A stretch of DNA of 46,688 nucleotides from Candidatus Thorarchaeota archaeon (GCA_048882045.1 JBHLRZ010000027.1:1-46688), one strand, 5' to 3'. Positions 28,153-36,997 are shown, numbered from the stretch's first letter. Numbers and translations: made by a program. The notes: a model not told the origin generated them from the sequence alone.

Positions 28153-29631
28153 TCACTTCCCCACATATCTTGACAATCTTCGAAATGCTGTTGCCAACAT
28201 GAAAAGAATGTCTATTCTCACGAACGATGTTAGACAGCTCGTTACTCTGTCTGGATTCATAATTCCATGTGGGTCCCAATACTCCTTCGCCTCCCTCATC
28301 TGGACCAACCTGTCTGGATAGGCTCGACCCATGTAAATCGAGTTCTGGAGACCAATTGTGTATGGAACACCGCCATTCTTGATTGCCCTCTTCATCATCT
28401 TGTGTAGTATGCCTTTACTAGCAATGAACTTGAGATATTTCCCTGCGTCAATCATTGCCATTAGCTCGAGTCGCATTCTATCTGGAGTACCAAGCATTCC
28501 AAACCAGAGAGCAGGAATCTTGTGTGAGGTCTTGTACGACTCATAGGCCTTCAACATGTCGTATACTTTCTCTATTGGTACCCAGATTTCTTGAAACATC
28601 AATGTTTCAGTATGTTCCTTAGGATTAAACTCAGAATCATATCTGAGAGCCCACTCCTTTTCAGAGAATTCGGTTTCGAGATAGACTCCTCCGTGTTGAA
28701 CAGTAATCGAGCTTAGGTCATCTGTAGGTACCTTGCTTGGAGCATCTACATAAGTTACAGAAATAACGTAGTTCGCATTGTTGAGTGGATTACTATATTT
28801 CTGCAACTCTTGGTCAGCAATCTTCAGATACAATGGTCGTTGCTCCAGGCCAGTAATGTCCTTCAATGCGTTGCAGAGACCTTCCAAGGTATTGAATCCA
28901 TAACTGAATGACTTGTATCCAGTTTCCAGTTCATGTACTCTGAGTTTAACCTCAAATATGACTCCAAGAATCCCGTAGGAATGAAGGAAGAGGTCAATTG
29001 TGTCATCTTCAATGACTTTCGTTGTGCCATCACTGCCAATCACCGAAAGTGAGAGCGTATGTTCTTTGAGAGATCCGTAATAGGGCGTTCCAATCCCACC
29101 ACGACCTCCACATGCGATCCAGCCGCCAATGACTGCTGACTTTGCACTAGAAGGGTAGATTCCCAAGGTAAGCCCCGCTCTTGCCAGTTCTTCATCCAAT
29201 CTCTCGAAGGTGACTCCTGGTTCGACACGGACGAACATCTCGTCTTTGTTTATCTCAAGAACCTTGTTCATCGGTTTGATGTCAAGTGAGATGCCGCCCC
29301 TACTCGGGCTTGAGGATCCCATGCAGCTTGAAGCTCCACCTCTCGGAATAACTGGAATGTTGTGTTCACGAGCAATCTTTAGGACTCCCTCTATCTCACT
29401 AACGTTTTCCACTCTTACTACATAGTCTGCCAGATACTTCCATTTCCATCGATAATGGTATTGTGGGAGGGAAGATGGGTCTCCACTGTATACGACTCTT
29501 TCAAGTTCTGAGTCATTGACTCTTTCATCGGCAACAACAGCCTTGAGTTTATCAAGAACTGTCAGTTCTGTGTATTTCGCATCATCGACAGGAGTTGGTT
29601 CAGGAGTTTTGTTTACTTCAGTTTCTGTCAT
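28153..29631 (-). CDS. FAD-binding oxidoreductase (VAO/GlcD-like), subtype B
   Basis: Motifs are YHYRWK, IPRGGAS, YPSSAKSAVIGGW, YTIGLQN and DPHGIMNP. GAGGTGA precedes ATG 29631; the alternative start is GTG 29640. Confidence 0.87.
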   Translation of the reverse strand: MTETEVNKTPEPTPVDDAKYTELTVLDKLKAVVADERVNDSELERVVYSGDPSSLPQYHYRWKWKYLADYVVRVENVSEIEGVLKIAREHNIPVIPRGGASSCMGSSSPSRGGISLDIKPMNKVLEINKDEMFVRVEPGVTFERLDEELARAGLTLGIYPSSAKSAVIGGWIACGGRGGIGTPYYGSLKEHTLSLSVIGSDGTTKVIEDDTIDLFLHSYGILGVIFEVKLRVHELETGYKSFSYGFNTLEGLCNALKDITGLEQRPLYLKIADQELQKYSNPLNNANYVISVTYVDAPSKVPTDDLSSITVQHGGVYLETEFSEKEWALRYDSEFNPKEHTETLMFQEIWVPIEKVYDMLKAYESYKTSHKIPALWFGMLGTPDRMRLELMAMIDAGKYLKFIASKGILHKMMKRAIKNGGVPYTIGLQNSIYMGRAYPDRLVQMREAKEYWDPHGIMNPDRVTSCLTSFVRIDILFMLATAFRRLSRYVGK

Positions 29632-29641
29632 ATTTGTCACC

Positions 29642-30859
29642 TCACATCACAAAGACTTCTCCAAGATAGATCCCCATGATGCCTAGTATGGTCCAAAGCA
29701 CCACTGCAGGGAGTCCAAGATTACATGTCTTCCATCCTCCCAGATGAGTGAGGAATGCTAGAGTCCCAAGAATCATACTGATGATACCTAACCAGATGTG
29801 CCAAGAGTGGATAAAGAGTAGCATGTTACTCATGTCAATCAGGTATGATGGATTCAACGCAGTCCATGCACCTGCAGGTTCCATGAATAACGAAAGTACA
29901 TTGATTGAGGTCAGTATATACGCGATGCTCAACATGATTCCATGCGCCCGAGTGAATCTTTCTTCATCATAATATTCCAATGCGGTTCCGATATATGCTA
30001 TCACTAGTGCAGGCGCTCCTAAATACCATCCATAATGAAACTGTGGTAGCACAATCGGTTCAACTGGAATTTGTCCAACAACAAATGATTGAATCGGTCC
30101 TACAGCTTCACCAGCAGTGTCGATAGCCACTATTCTCCACAGGATTTCCTGACCATTTGGAAAGTCTCCCGGGATTGTTCCAACGTATTCGTTTCCTCCA
30201 GACAGGCTCATGGAAACATTGGTCCATGAGGTTCCGTTGTCTGTACTATATTGGAGTTTGACCTCCGTTATTGTATCACCCGATGTGATGTTCACAGCTA
30301 CAGTGAAATCTTCACCCGCACGAGGAACCTCAGGTGTCGTCTGCGGCTGTCCAATAGAAGGTCCAGGACCTACCTGGATGACATTAACAGTGATTGGACT
30401 CTGAGTTGAGGACGGGGTGTGTTGGGCTGCATAGACAGTCAGTGTGAACGTTCCCGCAAAAGCAGGCGCTGTAATGCTATACGAAGTCTGAATTGCATTG
30501 CTTGTAGGATTTTGGTCGTTCGCATCATTATCACTGACTAGGCCGGGATCAGACGGTACATTTGGTACAACAATGGTGAAGTCTGAGTTGTCATCCACAT
30601 CATCTGGAATTCTCAACACGAATACATCTGATGCTTGACCAGAAGCTGTCACATCGAGTTGAAATGTTTCACCAGGTTCCACATCAATCGATGAATCCAT
30701 TGTGATCGATAGACCAGTTGGATCATCATGACAACCAGAGTTACCACAGTTGGATTCCGAAGTTCGTGTCGCTACGACATTACCAGCTACAAGAATTAGC
30801 AGTATTGTCGCTGCTACAAAAACTAGGCCAATCTTGACTTTCCTCTTTATGAATGTCAC
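29642..30859 (-). CDS. Fusion of an exported CX4CH heme-c/beta-sandwich domain, an Ig-like domain and a four-TM His-rich cytochrome b-like domain
   Basis: It has a signal peptide, CGNSGCHD, an Ig-like YSTDNGTSW...Y.G.IP segment and TM helices carrying FH, AHG, HSWH and TH. The start is probably GTG 30859 (ORF track gives 30895). Confidence 0.7.
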   Translation of the reverse strand: MTFIKRKVKIGLVFVAATILLILVAGNVVATRTSESNCGNSGCHDDPTGLSITMDSSIDVEPGETFQLDVTASGQASDVFVLRIPDDVDDNSDFTIVVPNVPSDPGLVSDNDANDQNPTSNAIQTSYSITAPAFAGTFTLTVYAAQHTPSSTQSPITVNVIQVGPGPSIGQPQTTPEVPRAGEDFTVAVNITSGDTITEVKLQYSTDNGTSWTNVSMSLSGGNEYVGTIPGDFPNGQEILWRIVAIDTAGEAVGPIQSFVVGQIPVEPIVLPQFHYGWYLGAPALVIAYIGTALEYYDEERFTRAHGIMLSIAYILTSINVLSLFMEPAGAWTALNPSYLIDMSNMLLFIHSWHIWLGIISMILGTLAFLTHLGGWKTCNLGLPAVVLWTILGIMGIYLGEVFVM

Positions 30860-30929
30860 GTGTAGTACACCTTTTCGGAAATATCCCAGATACATCTCCG
30901 GGATACAGCGCCGGTGAGGAAATGACCCT

Positions 30930-31160
30930 GCTTAAAATGTTACTATATGAAAAGGTGTGAATATGCCATCATTGTGAAAGGTTACAAATATAGAGATTAA
31001 CTATAGTGGCAACACAGGATTGTAACCAATACCATAGTGTTTACTTATCAAACTGTAACGATTCGTAGCCGGCCTATAACCGTCCGTAACCAAATGATTA
31101 CATGTTGTAAGATTAAGCTAACAATTGACTATTTCAAATACAACATATTTTTATGCGGGG
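30930..31160. promoter_or_regulatory. Divergent promoter region with repeated GTAAC/GTTAC motifs
   Basis: This AT-rich spacer lies between two cytochrome genes. It has the inverted pair GGTTACAA (30980) / TTGTAACC (31020), phased TAAC-like repeats at 31046-31122 and a TATA-like TTTTTAT at about 31148. Confidence 0.45.
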
Positions 31161-31194
31161 ACCTGCGGGAATTCCTCACCCAAATCTTGGGAAT

Positions 31195-32568
31195 ATGGTG
31201 AAAAAACCAATGGTGTACTACACTGACGAGACCCCAGGGGTCAATAAGCGGTTGGTGGCAGGTTACTACCTGTTCCTCTGCTTGATTGGTTTCGCCATAC
31301 TCTTAGGACCTACTGGATCTGGAATTCCTATCACTACATTAAATGATAGAGTTCGTGAGGCGCATGAACTAGCATATCCGACCTATGGTGATAATGATTC
31401 ATTATCATGCACAGGTACGGGTTGCCATGACGCGACATGGGATTATTGGAATCAGTCAGTCCATTCTGGAAATCTGATTACATATGATCCGATAACAGAT
31501 ACTATCGAGGTTAATGGTCACCGAAACAGGACCATGGCAGAATTCAATGCCACCTGTGCTCAATGTCACGCAATCAACTGGGACAACTCAACATACCCGA
31601 ACACACATGACGGGTTTGGTACCACTTGTTTGATGTGTCATGACACTTCAACACCGTATTTCACGGTTGACGGCGAGAACTGTGCCACTTGCCATATCCA
31701 TGAAGGACATGGTGGCCTCGACGGTTATACCGAATCGGCTCATGCCAACTCACTAACAGATCTCAGAGGTAGCAGCCATGCAGGATCAGACTGTATGCAC
31801 TGTATGTCGGCCGAGGGATTCCTCGACCAAGATGCAGTACTTGACCCTGCTGGTGACTACAGTCCCATTACTTGTCCAACGTGTCACTCTGTACACGACG
31901 CAGATATTGTGAATCCAGCTATGATTCGTGCGGTAAATGCCACAGAACTCTGTGGACTTTGCCACACAGAATCTCGCCATCCCACATATGATGTATGGCG
32001 TGGTGGTGCACATGATCTGACTGGTGTCGTTGAGTGTACCTCCTGTCACGGATATCGTGAGGGATCTCATGGACCTGAGATGAATCACACATTCTCTGTT
32101 TTGCCAGAGGATGCTTGCAATCAGACTGGGTGCCATGATAACAACTTGGAATGGGCTCTTAACCAACTAGAAGAGATCCAGACATCATTTGAGGACCTTG
32201 TAGCTGACTTCGAAGATGAAGCAACAGCTTTCGAAACAGTAGTTACAACCTACAATGCTACTGCAGATGCTGATCATGATCTAGTCGCTGATGTGCTAGA
32301 TATGGTTGATGCGGCATCCACTACTGTAGGCTACTACGGCTACGATGGTTCATCTGGTTTCCATGATCCAACGGAGACCTTCAGTGCTGTGAATGCAGCA
32401 TACAGAGATCTTCTAGATGCAGAGGCATACTTCTATGAGAATATGCCTGAACCTACTCCTACAACTCCCACTGGTGGAGGATTCGACACTCTTGTCGTTG
32501 TAGGTGGAGCTGCTGGCGGTATAGTAGTCGGTCTACTCCTAGGAGTCTTGGTTGGCAGACGTCGATAG
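31195..32568 (+). CDS. Membrane-anchored multiheme c-type cytochrome (up to 9 hemes) with NrfA-superfamily C-terminal core
   Basis: Motifs in order are CTGTGCH, CAQCH, CLMCH, CATCH, CMHCM, CPTCH, CGLCH, CTSCH and CNQTGCH. RHPTYDVW..GAH and DGSSGFHDP resemble NrfA-family segments. Both ends are hydrophobic. The start is uncertain (31153, 31195 or 31210). Confidence 0.9.
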   Translation: MVKKPMVYYTDETPGVNKRLVAGYYLFLCLIGFAILLGPTGSGIPITTLNDRVREAHELAYPTYGDNDSLSCTGTGCHDATWDYWNQSVHSGNLITYDPITDTIEVNGHRNRTMAEFNATCAQCHAINWDNSTYPNTHDGFGTTCLMCHDTSTPYFTVDGENCATCHIHEGHGGLDGYTESAHANSLTDLRGSSHAGSDCMHCMSAEGFLDQDAVLDPAGDYSPITCPTCHSVHDADIVNPAMIRAVNATELCGLCHTESRHPTYDVWRGGAHDLTGVVECTSCHGYREGSHGPEMNHTFSVLPEDACNQTGCHDNNLEWALNQLEEIQTSFEDLVADFEDEATAFETVVTTYNATADADHDLVADVLDMVDAASTTVGYYGYDGSSGFHDPTETFSAVNAAYRDLLDAEAYFYENMPEPTPTTPTGGGFDTLVVVGGAAGGIVVGLLLGVLVGRRR

Positions 32569-32602
32569 ACGCTGCGAGAAACAAACATTCGTACGGGTGT
32601 TC

Positions 32603-32638
32603 CCAGATGCTTTTGCATCTGGACCCCTCTTTTCTTTC
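32603..32638 (+). terminator. Hairpin plus pyrimidine tract after the multiheme cytochrome gene
   Basis: CCAGATGC-TTTT-GCATCTGG forms an 8-bp stem, followed by ACCCCTCTTTTCTTTC. Confidence 0.55.
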
Positions 32639-32726
32639 AGCTCCAAGAAGTCCGATAAAGCCGCAACCTGAATTTTAAAAGCGAAGTGTAATTTCGCGCG
32701 AGATATTCCATTAGGAAAGAAAGAAC

Positions 32727-34901
32727 ATGAAACCAAAAATCATCGTTTCCATCATATTCGCCATCGTGATGTTGAATGCATTGACTCTGGGTGCAAACAT
32801 CACTGCTAGTCCAGAGTATAGTGTAAATCAGATTGAGAATACAAAAGCAACTCTCCTGACACAGGATACTGAGTACAACATCTCTTCATACAGGGACTAT
32901 TCAATAGCTACCATAGACATAATGTTGAGCAATCTTGTGGATATTACCACAGGCGAAGTCTTCCATGCAGGAAGTAGCGATTGGACTGGGGATCCCCTAA
33001 ATACCACCACTCTAGCTAGCTACTACTGGGCCATATCCGCTTTGTCAACTGCATACTACATATCATATAATGAAACTTACCGAATTGCGATGAGTAGGGC
33101 TGCCAGAAAAATGGTAAGCGTATTCATGGATCCAACATATCCTGGTTTTTATGTGAACCAGTTCTCTGGTGAGGAAATTCGACAGACCAAGCGCGCAGGA
33201 GTCCAAGCTTATGCATATTGGGCTCTTGAAACCGCTGAATCCACGAATACTTCTCTCGATTTCACAGTAGAAAAAGAGAGTGCACTGAGGTGTTTGGCTG
33301 ATATCCTCTATGACCCTGTTAATGGAGGTTTCTTCTTCTACACTATGAGGAATGGTTCTTTGAGTGTACCATCGTACTTCGATGAAATTTACCCAAATGA
33401 TGGAAAAAGATTGGATCATCTGGTGCTTGGAGCGACAGTGCTCTATGAAGCTGGTTTATCCTTAGGAAATGCAACGCTTCTGAATATGGCTGACGGAGCT
33501 ATGTCATTCATGCTTTCCCATATGAAGTATTATCATGATATGGAATTTAGAGGGTTCAAGCTATCTGTGAATCGGACAGGTGGGATTGTCAATGTCGCGG
33601 AATATGAAAGAGTCGCTCATTCAGTTGTAACCGATATCAATGCTATGGCGATTAGGGCATTGGTTACGGGATATGAAACTACTGGGAACACAACCTATCT
33701 ATCTGAAGCAAACCAGCTCTTCGAAACCCTGTTTTCAAATAACTGGGATGAGGACTCCGGGGGCTGGTGGGCAGAAGTTGTTGATGGCCAACCATACGAT
33801 CCCCTTGATGACGAGGATGTTAAATTCTACAAATATTCAGAGATTCAGCTCCAGATGATTCTTGCATTGGAAGATTTGTATGAGACAACAGATTCAATAT
33901 ATCCTATCAGAATGGTTATCGATTGTTTTGAGCTCCTTCTAGCAAATCTATGGGATTTTGCTGATGAGGGTTTTGCTAGTAATGGCAATCAGCTTTGGGA
34001 AGCTTTCAGTCCAGATTGGCAGATTCATTATACAACAGTCCAAGCCCAAGCTGTGATTGGTTTGGAGCGAGTATGGAATTACGGATTGCCAATTGTGACT
34101 CGAATAAGAATCACCCCCACAAACCCTCGGCCTGAAGATATTGTATATTTCTCCGTAACAGCTATAGATCCTGATGGCATTGATACAGTATATGTAAATT
34201 ATTCTCTTACTGTTGGAGGAAATGGGACAAGAGGCATTCTCCCACTTTATGCCCATCCAAGCATAGGTGGATTGTTTAACAATTCGATGAAAGATTTTGA
34301 AGATGGTTCTTCAATCAATTTCGAAGTTTTTGCCAATGATACAACGGGTCGTATGTTCGTAGCTGGAAGCTACTATTTTGCAGTCCGTACAGACATATTT
34401 GCCCCTACAGCTGAACTTCATGCTATCTATCCGTCTGATGAAGTGCGCGTAGGTGACAATGTTATAATTGATATGGAAACATATGAATTTCCCGAACATA
34501 GTATAACGAATTCTTGCGTGCTATGGTGGAGGTTGAACACAGCTGCATATACAATCGAGAATATGACTCTAGTTGATATTGAAGGAACTAGGCTAATCTG
34601 GCGAATAATACTCGGGGAATTTTATGCTGGAGATGTAATCACATTCTTCTGTTACGTGACTGATGAATCTGGAAATGTTGGTGAGAGTAGAGTCTATCGA
34701 CTCACTGTACTTGGTCCTCCATTTAACATCACACCGTTTTCAGTCTTTCAGATAGTCGCAACCGTCGGTCTTATAGCTGCGCCTGGAGTTGGTTATGCCT
34801 TTACAAGAATGCGAAAGAATAATCGAGCAGAAGCGCAACGTGATGGGAAGAAAGCTGCGCGAAAGCGAGCAAGACGTCGCGGACCGAGGAGGAGGGCATA
34901 G
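32727..34901 (+). CDS. Exported (alpha/alpha)6-barrel protein (YyaL/AGE-epimerase-like) with Ig-like domains, C-terminal TM and Arg-rich tail
   Basis: It has repeated 'D...GGF' hairpin motifs (DPTYPGFY, DPVNGGFF, DEDSGGWW, DFADEGF), TDINAMAIRAL...TG..TYL, a signal peptide and a TM followed by KKAARKRARRRGPRRRA. Confidence 0.6.
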   Translation: MKPKIIVSIIFAIVMLNALTLGANITASPEYSVNQIENTKATLLTQDTEYNISSYRDYSIATIDIMLSNLVDITTGEVFHAGSSDWTGDPLNTTTLASYYWAISALSTAYYISYNETYRIAMSRAARKMVSVFMDPTYPGFYVNQFSGEEIRQTKRAGVQAYAYWALETAESTNTSLDFTVEKESALRCLADILYDPVNGGFFFYTMRNGSLSVPSYFDEIYPNDGKRLDHLVLGATVLYEAGLSLGNATLLNMADGAMSFMLSHMKYYHDMEFRGFKLSVNRTGGIVNVAEYERVAHSVVTDINAMAIRALVTGYETTGNTTYLSEANQLFETLFSNNWDEDSGGWWAEVVDGQPYDPLDDEDVKFYKYSEIQLQMILALEDLYETTDSIYPIRMVIDCFELLLANLWDFADEGFASNGNQLWEAFSPDWQIHYTTVQAQAVIGLERVWNYGLPIVTRIRITPTNPRPEDIVYFSVTAIDPDGIDTVYVNYSLTVGGNGTRGILPLYAHPSIGGLFNNSMKDFEDGSSINFEVFANDTTGRMFVAGSYYFAVRTDIFAPTAELHAIYPSDEVRVGDNVIIDMETYEFPEHSITNSCVLWWRLNTAAYTIENMTLVDIEGTRLIWRIILGEFYAGDVITFFCYVTDESGNVGESRVYRLTVLGPPFNITPFSVFQIVATVGLIAAPGVGYAFTRMRKNNRAEAQRDGKKAARKRARRRGPRRRA

Positions 34902-34919
34902 ACACACAAAGGAGAGAAC

Positions 34920-36986
34920 ATGATGGATATTGGAACAATTCTCATTATTGCTCTAGTCGTAGTCGCGGCTCTAGACGCCGTCATTTTACTACTAGGACCA
35001 AGAATTTCAAATTACGAGAATTACTCATTCATTGCTTCCATAGTTAGTTTTCTAGCTGCACTTGGATTGGTAATTTATCTCGGATCATTAATCTTTGGAA
35101 ACCAATTTCAGTATGACTATGTCTACCAGACAACTGACCTCAGTGCTGATTTTATGTTGAAGATTTCTTCCTTATGGGCTGGACAGTCTGGTTCACTCAT
35201 CTTTTGGACATTCTTGTCCTTCACACTATACTTTGGTTTCAGAGTGGCTACTCGGGGATATGAGGATGACAAACTCGTTTATAGAGCTTCTATAATCATG
35301 GTTTTAGAATCAATCCTGATTGCGATAAACTCATTCATCGCTGATCCTTTCCGGGTTACAACAGAAATAGTACGTACCGACGGTTTAGGTCTGAATCCTC
35401 TACTGTCTACAATTTGGAACGTCATCCACCCACCCATTATCTTCATAGGGTACGCACTAATACTCGTACCATTTTCTGTGAAGCTTGCTGGATTCACACT
35501 ATCCTCTGAAGAACGCAATCAAGATCCTATCCCTGTGGTGAATTCCTATACACGATTCACTACTGCAGCTTCTTGGGTGGCATTGTCATCTGGTATAGCT
35601 ATCGGAGGATATTGGGCATACTTGGTTTTGGGCTGGGGTGGTTATTGGGCTTGGGACCCAGTGGAAACGACATCTCTGATTCCTTGGCTATTGATTACAG
35701 CATTTTATCACGCAAAACCAACACTCAAAAAGAATGACGTGATTCGTGACTCATTCCTTGTTATGGCCTACATCACGGTGATTTTTGCCACGTGGACAAC
35801 AAGAAGTGGTGTACTCTCGTCTGTTCATGGTTTTGGATTAAGCGCAGTGAGTTGGGCAATGTTAGTCACATTACTAGGTAATTTCATTATTGGGGTTTCT
35901 GTCGCACTCTATTCTGGTTTCAAAGGTATGAAAGATGAAGAGGAGTCTATTGGACTCGGGTTCTTAGACATATCAGACATTAGACTTTTCTCAATTAGAA
36001 TCGCACTGATTGGTCTGATTATTGTAGCCGCAACTTCAACTATTGGTGTTGTACTCCCTGCTACATATAATCTGGGAGTAGCAATATTCAATCCGGCAGG
36101 TCTCGAGGACAACATGATTGGGATCGGTATAGACTTCTTTAGAATGGGATTCTATCTAGCCTGTGTCTTCCTGATTCTATCATCGTTTTTCTGCATGAGG
36201 ACAAGTATTCTAACCTATCGTCGTCGAGGATTTCTCGTAGTCATAGTCTTTGGAATAGGTGCAGTAATAGCTGCGCTCGGTGTCTTTGTTGGACCATTAC
36301 CAACGTACTACTGGCCAGCCAATTTCCTTATTGTTCCAGCAGCAGCTGCAATTGGATTTCTTATTGTTGCATTCATATTGAAAATGGCTGGAAAAGAGGA
36401 TATTGGTAGCACCCGTCAAATCGGACGTTTGATGTTACATCTTGGATTAATTATCCTCTTGTTGGGTGTGTTCCTGAGCGAGAATGTGGTATATGAATCC
36501 AATTCGGGATATGTAGAGGGTACCACCCATGATGTTGCACCTGGAATTTCTGTCAGAGTTGCAGACATAAATTTGGAGTACTTCGACAGTCCAGTCGACT
36601 TTAACATGATAGTCACTATTAATGTAGGATACTGGGCTGACAATACCACATTCATAATAACAGGAATAGGATATGCCACGGTCACAGGACATCCTGACTG
36701 GGGTATGGTGAGTCACAATGTGTATTTGGATTCAACAGTTGTCCGAGATGTATTCATCGCTGTAATTGGTTTCGCCCAAATCATACCTGGTTTTTATCAG
36801 GTTACCATCCACGCTAAAGTGCTCCCATTAGTATCCTTTGTCTGGCTAGGAGCTTTCCTCATGGTCTCTGCAATTCTTCCAATTTTCGGAATGGAGGTGC
36901 AATCCTTCATGAAGGCAATGAGAGGGAAACAAAAGCACCTCTACGTTGACGAAGAGGAAGCGCCCATTGAAATTGAAGGTAACTAA
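34920..36986 (+). CDS. ccmF: Cytochrome c heme lyase CcmF
   Basis: Motifs are LWAGQSGSL, GLNPLL, IHPP, LGWGGYWAWDPVET, TRSG..SSVH and HLG, in a protein with many TM helices. Confidence 0.95.
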   Translation: MMDIGTILIIALVVVAALDAVILLLGPRISNYENYSFIASIVSFLAALGLVIYLGSLIFGNQFQYDYVYQTTDLSADFMLKISSLWAGQSGSLIFWTFLSFTLYFGFRVATRGYEDDKLVYRASIIMVLESILIAINSFIADPFRVTTEIVRTDGLGLNPLLSTIWNVIHPPIIFIGYALILVPFSVKLAGFTLSSEERNQDPIPVVNSYTRFTTAASWVALSSGIAIGGYWAYLVLGWGGYWAWDPVETTSLIPWLLITAFYHAKPTLKKNDVIRDSFLVMAYITVIFATWTTRSGVLSSVHGFGLSAVSWAMLVTLLGNFIIGVSVALYSGFKGMKDEEESIGLGFLDISDIRLFSIRIALIGLIIVAATSTIGVVLPATYNLGVAIFNPAGLEDNMIGIGIDFFRMGFYLACVFLILSSFFCMRTSILTYRRRGFLVVIVFGIGAVIAALGVFVGPLPTYYWPANFLIVPAAAAIGFLIVAFILKMAGKEDIGSTRQIGRLMLHLGLIILLLGVFLSENVVYESNSGYVEGTTHDVAPGISVRVADINLEYFDSPVDFNMIVTINVGYWADNTTFIITGIGYATVTGHPDWGMVSHNVYLDSTVVRDVFIAVIGFAQIIPGFYQVTIHAKVLPLVSFVWLGAFLMVSAILPIFGMEVQSFMKAMRGKQKHLYVDEEEAPIEIEGN

Positions 36987-36997
36987 TCGGTCCTTTG

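Noticed and set aside
31195-32568. Assigning the gene symbol nrfA
   Set aside because: It has no CxxCK, carries extra hemes and lacks the Ca/Tyr loop, so only superfamily-level similarity is supported.
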